Assembly (NCBI RefSeq): GCF_006345805.1
Contig: NC_042997.1
Location: 102,362,001 to 102,426,000, forward strand
From: Octopus sinensis
Taxonomy: Eukaryota
Length of the DNA stretch: 64,000 nucleotides
Direction of reading: 5' to 3'
A model generated the notes under the pieces. That model was not told the DNA's origin. It saw nothing but the letters and a program-made list of their open reading frames with translations, and ran no database searches. A program made the position numbers and the translations under genes. Positions 53,059-64,000 of this stretch are shown piece by piece. Position 1 is the stretch's first letter; each line of letters starts with the position of its first letter.

Positions 53059-53354
53059 TTGTTCCCCCCAAACATCACTTGACAACTGATGCTGGTGTTT
53101 ACATCCCCGTAACTTAGCGGTTCAGCAAAAGAGAACGATAGAATAAGTACTAAGCTCACAAAGAATAAGTCCTGGGGTCGATTTGCTCAACTAAAGGCGG
53201 TGCTCCAGCATGGCCGCAGTCAAATGACTGAAACAAGTAAAAGAGTAAAGAGTAAAAGTATAGGGAAGACATTATATTCAAGTTACACTGGGGCACACTT
53301 AGCATCATCTCATGGCACACCAGTGTGCTGTGGCATACTGGATGTGGAGCACTG
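52765..53354. mobile_element. hAT-like MITE interrupted by a SINE B
   Basis: TIRs CAGTGCTCCACA / TGTGGAGCACTG; flanks partly duplicated (GTGTGGAG / GTGTAGCA). Confidence 0.65.
52851..53250 (+). mobile_element. CORE-like tRNA SINE, family B (full-length)
   Basis: tRNA-like head with GGTTCAGTCCC B-box, CCTTGGGCAAG CORE-like motif, internal (TA)/(TG) tract and GTAAAAGA-repeat tail. Confidence 0.85.
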
Positions 53355-53479
53355 GTGTAGCAGATGATTGAATATGGGCAGATCTAGTGCATCACTCATT
53401 CCATGATTGCATGGATAGTGGATAGAGGAGTATGGGGGATGAGAGGACAATGAACAGAAGATGAGAGCAACAAGCAGAG

Positions 53480-55270
53480 ATTTTGGAGGTACAAGATGAG
53501 TGATGTGCATTCCAGCCTCTAATATTGTCTTCTATTAATGTACATTACACCATGTTTGCAGAGATCGTAGTCTTCAACACTGCATATCACTCATCAGTAG
53601 AAACCACTTTTCTATCACTTTTCACCACTTTGTCCCAAATCTTTCTCAGTCATCCACTTTCATATTAATCCATGTGCATTATATGCTCATACCAGCACAG
53701 ACTTGTCTTTTGCATGCTACGTCTAATTCCTGTTATACCTAGTTTTTCTCTCAGCACATTTGTACTCTATTGTACATACACAAACACATCCAGTAGAAAA
53801 GGCTCACTTCATTTCTTTTTAGTCTGTTTAAGTCTTCTACATTCAAAGTTCATATTTAACTACTATGCAACGTTGCACTTCATATGCAACCTTTGTAATA
53901 TATTTCCTTCTTTCTGAGAGAGAAACACGTTGTTGCTAAAAGAGGCAATAGTTCCCTGAACTTTTGTCAACCTGTTTTTAATCTGGCTACTATGCTTTCA
54001 GAAGACCAACCTCAACTGCTAATAAGGTCACTAGTTAACAGAAACCATCAAGCACTTCCAAAGAGCTGCCATGACAGTTGAGAAAGACTATTTTGTATGG
54101 GCTCTTAACGCTTAATGTTCCTGAGCACCAGCTGCATATGAAGTCTACTTTGTCTATTAACTTACCTGTGATCCCACTATATTACTTAGGTGTCAACTGT
54201 TTACATTAAGCACACCAAAAAGAGATTCTACTTACTCCTTTTCTGCATAGTAAAACTTTTGTCATTTACTTAAATATTTTGCTTCAATGTCTGGAATTTC
54301 TCCAAATTTTCTATGAACAATAGTTTCCATGAGCAACTGTTCTTAAACTCCTCTGTTATAATTTGGACTACAATAAACAGGAGGGGCCTGAGAACTGAGC
54401 TCTAAAAGACTTCTACCTGAACACTAAATTAACATTAAACTCAATGCTGACTCTTACCTTGTAGACAACACCTCTGTGCATAACTTGTACAGCTTTCAGA
54501 AGACATTTATCAACCCCTAGCTTCCTCAACAACTACCAGATCATAGAGTGATGGCATATATCAAAGCCTTGTTCAATTGTCTCTCTAAGCACTGGCCATG
54601 TCACTTCTTGGTACAAAGTCTAACTGCATCTTTTCCAGGTTAATGTTGTCCCTAATTAACTTTGCAATAATACTTTCATAACTTGATCCAACAATTTGAT
54701 GCTTCTGTTGTTTCCTCTCTCCAGAACATTTCATTTGCCCTTGTAGCAACTGACAATGATACTTGCCAATCACAGGGTATGAAACCTTCCTGTACAAGCT
54801 GATTAACAATGTACATGACTAGCCTGTGCCTCACTCCAATAGACAGTTTAAGCACATCAGTGGTAATTCCTGATGGACCACATGTCTTCCCTGTCCTCAT
54901 ATCCATAATTGCTCTACTTACCATACCGCTGTCAACTTGGATGGCTGATCCCTCTTAGGTCTACATGAGGCAGACCATCTCCCATAAATACTCCATATCT
55001 AGTAACCCCTCAAAATAGCACTTTCATATTTTTCTTCCCAGTAACAGTAAGGATAAGTGTGCCACTATCACTCTGGAAAAACTTCTCTCCAACAATACCA
55101 CAGTTTTCTGTAGCACACCTCATATTGCTGATTCTCACAGTGCAAAACATGTGAATTTCTTACTCTCTGCCTCTTTCCTTCTCAAGTATACTTTTTTAAG
55201 TACATTTGATATTTAACTTTTCTTTTAGCTACTTAGTAATGCTTTGTTTCCCCCTTCTTTCCAATCTTTT
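53480..55270 (-). pseudogene. Older, degenerate RTE LINE in the BRAP intron
   Basis: Fragments DMRTGKTCGPSGITTDVLK, IPCDW and INLEKMQLDFVP.S parallel the RTE copy at 42.7-46.2 kb. Confidence 0.7.
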
Positions 55271-56999
55271 TGAATATTTTATTATTTCTATAAATGCATT
55301 AAAAGAGTTTATGTATTAAAAGAAATACATAAAAAATGAGTCAAAAACCTGAAAAAAATGAACACAGAATATTTTTTGGTTAAATTTAATTAAGCCAGTT
55401 CTCTTACTTCAAGAGTCTTTTTATATATTCTGGTGGAACGTAAAGACTGTTTTCACACTACATCCCAAATACAATTGAGGAACTTGGAAGGAGTAAGTTT
55501 GCAAATTTGGATAACTGTGTATGCCCTGGGAAGACAATCATCCTGATGTTCCGAGCAAAACTTTCATCAGAAAGAGAACATTTTTGTAATATTTATAATG
55601 GCACCGAGAACATACAATTGAAGAATGTGTGAAGGAGAAAAGAATAAAGGAGGAAGTGGCCAGGTTAAAAGGGTGTTGACAGGTGGTCGGTGGCCAGAAT
55701 GACAAAATGAGTGGAGGGAAAAGACAAAGAGAGTTTAACAGATGCTAAATTTATGGCAGATGTGAGTTGGGGGAGTAAAAGCTGTAATGGATATATGTTA
55801 TAACTATACATTCTATATTATTGTGTGTGCGTGTGTGTGTGTGTGTATGTATGTATATATAAACAGACTCATATACATACATTATTTACAAATCCACATA
55901 TTTAAATAAGCATTAACACAAGCAGGAAGAGAAGAAAATATGGTCTTAGTAGGAGAAGGAAGAGTAACAAGTAAATGTAGATAGGGTGAGAATGAGTGTT
56001 AATGTGTGCATGCAGATAAATTTTCTAAGGGTTCTTGAAGAATGTATGAAGAAGGAAAGAGACAGGAGAAAGGATTAAGGAAGGAGGAGGCAACTAGGCA
56101 AAAATGGTGTTAATAGGTCAGTAGAGCTGAAAGAGAAAAATAACAATTTGTAGGAAGGGAGGAAAGCAATGCACTGATGTAAGAATGTGTGTCTCTCTGT
56201 GCATGCACATATCAATATAGATATTCACAAAATGGGAGGAGAGGAAGAAAAACTCAAACTGTTTCTTCATGCCCGTTGGAGAACTATGCCAAGTGTAAAA
56301 GCAAATTGGTTTTCTATTTGTTTAGAAATGTATGAAGAGGTCTCATGATGTCCACTAACTTTGGTAATCAAGTTATTGCACATCAGTGTGTGATTTGGTA
56401 AGTTGAAATAGGAGGCCATAGGTTTGCAGATGCTCTGAATGATTTTAATGAACAAGATGTTTTGCAGAAGCCACTTTATAAAATGTATCCTGTTTCATTA
56501 ATACATAATGTGTTGCAAAGTCTGCATGCAATATAGAAGATGAAGTAACGTATTAGATGGCATATATGACACTTCTTTTTTTTCTCAAAATATGTCTTTA
56601 AAAAAAATCACCCTGGGTCCTATATGCCAAGTTGAACCTATATCATTGCGTTATTAAACTAAAATCTTTTCTCTTCAATATATGCTGGAGAAATTGGGGT
56701 GCATTTAATATGCCCATATGTTTTGTATGCTATCAAATATGGTAAATGAAATACAGTTAAAGGCTGGTGATATTGGAGATGAAAGAATGGAGAAATACAT
56801 CTGCGATGAGAGCTTTTGAAGACACTTGGTCAAGTGCAGCTATGCACATACTAACCAAAAAGTCATGACATTTTATTGCTTTTTTCCTAGAAAGAAGTGG
56901 GATCAGTTACAAGGTCAGCAGCAGAAAGTGGGAGGTACAGAGGAGCGTTCGTTTTAATGGGAAAATGGGTTAATGAAAGAGATATTAATTTGATCTTTT

Positions 57000-57330
57000 T
57001 GTATGCATGTGCTTGGTAGGAATGTGTGGTTCAGCTGATAACTGAGGTTTGATGAAATGTATCATCCACTACCAATAACTAAATTTGAAGAAAAGGGACA
57101 ACATGAAGACAGTTTCAACTGCACAGCCTGTTCATGAAGAGAAAGTGGGAAGAAGAGACAAGATTCAGTGTGGGGATGAGAGGAATGCTAGTTGGGATAG
57201 ATGTGGGAATTTGTAGACTTGTAGTAGACAAAGATGGACTGACAGGTGTTGGCAGTAGCATCAGAGATGGCTAAAAAGCTAACAGAAGTGTCAGGTACAG
57301 CAAATGCTAATTTAAATGCAGAATGGAGTG
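57000..57330 (-). pseudogene. Penelope-like element RT C-terminal remnant
   Basis: FKLAFAVPDTSVSFLAIS...VYYKSTNSHIYPN*HSSHP resembles the PLE motif LKFT...SLPFLD...VYYKPTDSH.YL...SSHP. Confidence 0.6.
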
Positions 57331-58625
57331 ATCCTTCCTTCTTCAAATTCCTCTTACTTCATTCTTCTAACACACATTCTTGTATGTTCTCTGTACTACT
57401 ATAAAAATTTGTACACCTGTGTATACTGACAAACGTTTCCTACCAACAACAAATCTATGCATTACTGTTTTTCCTCCACCAAAACAATATTTTTTCTATT
57501 CCTGCCTGTATGCAGATATGTTTGTTTCCCCATGCTAGCATGGAAGGCAGACATTAAACAATGATGATGATGATGATACAACACCTTTTTAGAATCCTTT
57601 CCTTCTCAACAACATTTGGCCAATGCTGAACTCATCAGTCTTTCTGAAACATTTCAGTTTATCACACTGGCCATTTTTTTCTGCCGTTTCCTCCTTTTCC
57701 CTCACCCTATCTTCTCCATTCATTCTTCAGGCATATATCTTCCTTACTATCATCAACATTTAAAATAATTTTCTAGCCAAGCTTATGCAAATCTGCAAAT
57801 TTTATGAAATAATTTTTACTAACACAAAGCATGACAAGCCAGACATTTGAATAAACAAAAATGTGGTACAAGCAATTCCAAAGATCAATGCTTTAATGAC
57901 ACTGTAGTAGTGCTAACAATAAGTAATAATAATCCACTAACATTACCTACATCAGCTCAACAGGGTAACAAGCGAGACTATGCAGTCATTTAACCAATTG
58001 GAAATGTTATCATGTACATTGTTTTGCCTTAGTATAAAAGATGTGCTACAGTAAATATTCTGCTCAATACCACAGATTTGCTTGTCAGTTGTTTGACCAT
58101 AACCAGTTGAGCATGTCCCTCAGTGGCTGACAATATGTACATCTCTGATCACAAGCAGAAGTAGTGGGAGAGCATCATAGCCATGTGTTGAGAGGAATTC
58201 TTTGGGGTTTGAATAATTCACTTTTGGAAACATAGGTGTTTTGTTCAACATCCTTAAACAAACCTTATTCAGGAACCTTTTGAGCAGGATGGGCTACTCA
58301 ACCTGAAAAAAATTGTAATTGGGCCCCACCTGAATGGCCTTGTGCTGTCTATCTTGATATAAGATCACCATGTTGTGCACATGTAGTTGTAATGCATGTG
58401 CCTGGTGTACCTTTATCAGACAGGTAGTCATGATGGTTATATTGGGCTTTGTACCCCAGTTTCAATTTGATGGCATGCGCTGCTCTCTTGCTCAATAATA
58501 ATAATAAAAATAGTAATGATAATGTCTTATATGTATGTCTGTATATCAACTTATGTGCAGTGGCAATGTATTCGCATGCATAAATTAGACACAACAAACA
58601 CACTGATATGCATAAATACAAAATA

Positions 58626-58705
<80 letters not shown>

Positions 58706-60406
58706 TCAATGCATACATAAGTACAAATACAGAAAATCCTATATAAAGTAAATAAACAGCAGACAAGTGTAGAAAATTAAGAACTTATTTGAAATGCTAT
58801 TAAAAGCTAAAGTGGTCAAAGAGTTAAAGTAGTGTTAGTGCTTTGCTCTGTGTACAGGTCATTCAATGGAGCTAAGTTGTAATTATTTTTCTTTTTAAAA
58901 ACTGTTTACAATGTTTGACCAAGTGAAATGAGTACAATTTTAGTATGGCCTTTATATATCCCATTTATTTTCAGCTTTTTTGCATTTTACTTTTAATAAT
59001 ATACGCTTAACATAACTCTCTTATTTCCATCATTCAGCAACCTAGTTGTTATCTCATTTTGAAGCAACTAAAATGTAACTATACACACACACAAACACAC
59101 ACACACACAGAATGTTTTCATACATATGCATATGCAGAATGTACATAGACACATACTCATGAAAAGCTAAGTTTAAACTTATCATAATTATCACCATCCC
59201 CTTATAGAGACAACTGATATACATTTACATTCGCACAATCTGTTCAAAACACACACACAAACTGCAATCAAATTAAAAAGAGAACATCTAAGTTGTGTCA
59301 TGATCTGCTAGAAACAGCAGTCAAATCACCCTGCCATTAAACCCTACCCACTTACAGAAAGAAAATTATGTCATATAATGTAATCTTAAATGCACTATAT
59401 CTGACAAAAATATGAGATTGTCATGGCTGGAATGCCTTTGATCAGAAATCTGCTCATCACAGCTAATGTATGGGTAAGCACCAGTAGCTAATAGGTTGTT
59501 GGTTAGAAGACAAGCTATTTGATATGGGATTATAATTACCTGGGTTATTAACTCCCATTTTATATAAATATTTATAAGGGTTTCAAATTTCGCCACAAGG
59601 CCAGCAAATTTGGGGAAGGGGTAACTCAATTACATCAACCCCAGTGCTCAACTGGTACTTATTTTATCAACCCCAAAAGGATGAAAGACAAAGTCAACCT
59701 CAGCTGAACTCAGAATATGAAGACAAATGAAATGTCATTAAGAATTTTGCATGGAATGTTAGCGCTTCTACCAGCTCACAGCCTTATAAATATTTATAAT
59801 ATATGTATGTACCTATATAACCTATGTATCTATACAATCTTTGTCAAACTGACCGAAATGTGGTAATATCCTTATTTATGAAACTACTGACTGTTACACA
59901 CCCAGGAATAAGACTTGAGATTATCAGAGAACAAAACAAAGTGTAATTATATCTATAACAAATATACACTCTAAAGATAAGATTAATAGCACAGAAAGTA
60001 CTAATATTAAACAAAAATTAAATTCTGATATGACACAAGGACACAAAAGACAAAAGTGAACGTGATCTAAACTCAAAGATCACCATATTAGTGTGAATAA
60101 TTAAAATTTTCTTTTACTTTTCTTTTAAACTATCCAATTCCTGTGGAAACATTAACCACCTAGATATTATTTTTAACATATACATCCTCATACACATGTA
60201 TCTAAATTTCCCTGTAATACACAGGCTTGGCTGTCTCAACTGGCTCTTTAGTAGCTTTGGTTGTTTTTCTCTTCCACCCACTTCATAAGCCTGTACTGAA
60301 AATTAGAGTGATAGATGGGAAAAGAAGAACACAGAATGCAAGAAAGCGAGAAGACCTACCTTTGTAGCTATGTATATTAGGAGTATAACACAGGAAAGTT
60401 CATTAA

Positions 60407-60626
60407 CCCTTTAGCATTCAGATATCTTTGTCAAATCTATTGCTTATTTATTCACATTGCTTTGAATTAATTACGCATTTTCTTGTAGCTTCAAAATTTC
60501 AATGGTATGTTTGTACATTTTAAAAATGACTTTGTAAGGTAGTTGCGAGGGGTTGGATTTGATCAGTTTTGACATAAAACAGGTAAAATAGTTGGGCTAG
60601 ATGTGACTGAATTAAATACTAAAGAA
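60407..60626. mobile_element. piggyBac-like MITE
   Basis: TTAA flanks; TIR CCCTTTAGCATT / AATACTAAAGAA (decayed); related copy in reverse orientation near 41787-41955. Confidence 0.5.
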
Positions 60627-61457
60627 TTAAACTTCTTTTGGGGATGATGTTAATTTTCTAATAGTTTATAATAGTTATAATTAAGCAATAGAGACACATC
60701 CAACAACATAACCTAAATGATCAGGAGTGAGTGAACTTGTCACAAAAATTAATATAATCTTTAAAATGCACTTAGGTTGTCATCAGTAAATTGTTATCAG
60801 AATTACGCTAACAATTAAATCTATATAAAAAGGTCAAACTGTTTCATTCATAAAAATAAGTTTTACTCATATTAAAAAAAAAATTAATATAAAAGAGCAT
60901 AGAGAAACAATTATTAAAAGAATGACAGAGTCAGCAGACACTACAGCAATAAAACTTTTATCCACAAAAATGTTAATTGATTCCACAAGTTGTTGACGAC
61001 CTACTTACAGGAATAATGACATTTAGTTGTGCACCACTATCATTATACTCTTTGTCTAACATACCCAGTTTGCTGGTTTCATTCATTGCATGAATATCCA
61101 CTCTAGTATCTCAGAAATTACTGAGACTTGGAGATCAAATTTTTTAAATAATGATTATAGGTGCAGGAATGGCAGTTTAGTTAAGAAGTTTACTTCACAG
61201 CCATGCAGTTTTCAGGTGGTACCTTTCGCAAGTGCATTATACAATAATCTCAGACTTACTAATGCCTTCTGAGTTAAATTCAGTACGAAGAAACTTTATG
61301 GTCACCCTTGCATGTGTGCACACACACGTGCATGCGTGTGTGTGTGTGTGCGCATTTATGTTTTCACTGCTTAAAAACAGGTATTATTTATGTCCCATAA
61401 CCTAGCAGTTTTACAAATAGTAGGCAATAAGATATGTACCAGACTCAAAAATAAATA

Positions 61458-61969
61458 CCATAAATCCTCGAGTATAATCCGCATTTTTTCCCCAAAATTT
61501 AATGGTCAAAATCCCTAGTGCGTACTATATACAAGGTTAAAAATGAAAATTATTTTCTAAACAATGTCCAAGTCTCTATTTGCGGCCCAGCAGTGCTTAT
61601 TCAGACCCATTTTGTGATGTCGGGCACGAAAATACCTTAAGCTAAGCCAGAAAGCAATGAAGTCATAAAAGAATCATCCATAACATGCAGTAAGCAACAT
61701 TTATTAAACGTTATTACTGTTATTTCTTTATTTTCTGCAAACAAGATGCACAAAAAAGCTACACATTTGCATTATGTTATATATACAATAACAATAAAGG
61801 ACATTACCGTGTACATTTTTACAAACCAAGGATGTTATACAGACCCCCTTGACTCAAGTTAGAGAAGGGGTGCATATTATACACAAGGTTTAGGTTTTTC
61901 AGAGGTACAGCCCCCTAAAAATCCCCTGCGTATTATACTCAAGGGCGGACTATACTCGAGGATTTACAG
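61458..61969. mobile_element. Tc1/mariner (Tc2/pogo-like) MITE
   Basis: TA flanks; TIRs CCATAAATCCTCGAGTATAATCCGC / GCGGACTATACTCGAGGATTTACAG; subterminal repeats. Confidence 0.8.
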
Positions 61970-62463
61970 TACTAGTCATAGATACGAATGCTTAAATCCT
62001 TGAAGATGGTCACATGAGTAGATGAATTTCTTTTTGTTTTGATATGTTTTTAATAATTTCTTCAGATTAGTTAAAAGAAACGGGAGTATACATCAAATGC
62101 AGCCCTACTTTGGTTCTTATGCCGTAAGAGAGTTGAAAATATAATATAAAACAGGCAACAGTTAATGTTTGTTATAGGAATTAGGAAATGCATTTCTCTA
62201 AATCAGCAGCAATGTAGATAACTATCACAAGATAATCATCAAAACTGGGATGCCTACTACATTCTTCATAACACAGATTTCATAATAAATTGCTTTAAAA
62301 ATATTGAAGAAGCTAATAAACAATATAGAACATATATTTTGCTGCAAATAATTTAGAGCAAATTGTAAGAGTTTGCAATCACTTTTATTGAAGGTTATAT
62401 TTCAAGCAATAAGAATAAGAGATTAATATAATTTAAAAGTGAATAAATAGAATATATACTCAC

Positions 62464-62610
62464 TTGAGTTTTAGTCTCATTGATTTCCTTTACTCTGGTT
62501 TCAAGTTTAGCAACTTTTTCTTGCCAAACACTTTGGTTTTCTTGGAGTGATTTATTCATTGCACGTTCTTCTTGCAGCTCCCTCATCACTTTTGATAACT
62601 GACTGTGATA
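62464..62610 (-). CDS. BRAP: BRCA1-associated protein, penultimate coding exon (coiled coil)
   Basis: Acceptor TTATAACAG|TAT and donor CAA|GTGAGT; 147 bp, phase 0/0; YHSQLSKVMRELQEERAMNKSLQENQSVWQEKVAKLETRVKEINETKTQ aligns with human ELKEEQEMNKCLRANQ. Confidence 0.9.
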
Positions 62611-64000
62611 CTGTTATAACAGATCATAAATCATCATTTTTTTTCTTTTTCATACTTTTGCATTAGTTATTCAAAAACATATACTCTAATATTCCTATAT
62701 TTATGCATTATGACATTCTACATACAACTTAAATGAATAGCCTGCACAGTGGAAACCTGTGCAATTAATCCCTTGCATGTCCAAAGTATTTTCATTAGTT
62801 TGTCCTAAATGTCCAGATTTGTTTTCAGACTGTCAGTTAGCCATTGTCTCATATGCTCTGAGTAATATAAGGTTTTCTTTTCATAAGTCCCAAGTTACTC
62901 TATTGGTTGAAAAAAATTGGGAAGGTGTATAATATATGATGCTTGGGCACCAGGGAAATATATCCTGTGTATGACATGTGATACACAGGATAGGCTAAGA
63001 GTTAAAAAAGAGACTAATTTCTGATACTAATAGTTCAAGAAAATCTTAACTAAACTAGATTAGTTTTATGTGATTAATATCTTTTATCTTTTACCTGTTT
63101 TAGGCATTAGACTGTGGCCATGCTGGGGCACCACCTCAAATTTTTAGTCTAATGAATCAACCCCAGTACTTATTTTTTAAATCTAGTACTTATTCTATCA
63201 TTCTCTTTTCTCTTTTGCTGAACTGCCAAGTTATGGGGGACATAAACACACCCACACTGGTTGTCAAGTGGTAATGGGGAGGACAAACACAGATATACAT
63301 ACATATATATATACGACGAGCTTCTTTCAGTTTCCGTCTACCAAATCCACTCACAAGGTTTTGGTTGGCTTGAGGCTATAGTAGAAGATGCCATGTGGTG
63401 GGACTGAACCTGAAACCACACAGCCACTCTGTCTCTGTCTGATTAGTATCAAGAAGTTCAATATTCAAGATATACTAGGAAAAGAAACTAAATGCAGTAT
63501 GTGGAATTACAATCTGGAGATAGATATGAAGGAAATAAAAATGATAAGATTTACTGGGACAATAAAGAAATAACTCGCTGAAAATGTGATAGGAAATATC
63601 TGTTAAGTAAATATAAATTACAGAGGGTCTAGGTCAATCAAACAATATCAGTAATATGATAGAGTTCAAGATAAAAATACAAAATGATTATAGGGATGAC
63701 TCTCACACTAGCATCTAAACATATATAAAATGTTGAGTAAATTTTAAGAATCTAATCCATGCTACAATGATAAAATGATGCCAGAAACAGCAGCCAGGTT
63801 TCAATTTACCAGTACATTGAAACACAGCCACAAGTATTATATAATTATGCTTTTAAAATAGAAATATTATTTACTTAGCTGTAAATTAGATACTATTGCC
63901 ATTCTCAAAAGTATAGTTTAGAAAATGCGGCATATAAAAGCATTTGTAACAGTAATTCTTATAAATATATATAAATTTGTGAAATCCAACTTCAGTGTCT

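Overview
AT-rich, microsatellite-dense eukaryotic genomic DNA. The tRNA-derived SINE families and repeat landscape resemble a coleoid cephalopod (Octopus-like); this is an inference. The only confidently recognised host gene is the 3' end of BRAP (BRAP2/IMP/RNF52) on the minus strand: a 147-bp internal exon at 62464-62610 and the terminal coding exon at 48061-48255, separated by a ~14.2-kb intron. Most other recognisable sequence is transposon-derived: two SINE families; RTE, R4/Dong and Penelope-like retroelement remnants; Chapaev3, hAT, Tc1/mariner, pogo, Merlin-like and piggyBac-like DNA elements; two Helitrons; and three Ty3/Gypsy-type LTR elements. The most unusual item is a TSD-flanked Gypsy element (21371-24231) with one uninterrupted 782-aa Gag-protease-integrase ORF. 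It has lost RT/RNase H and the integrase HHCC domain through in-frame deletions, and its 5' LTR lacks U3. Also notable are several minimal hammerhead-ribozyme-like motifs in short elements sitting in (TA)n tracts. Most ORFs in the supplied track are microsatellite or antisense artefacts. No rRNA, genuine tRNA or CRISPR array was seen.
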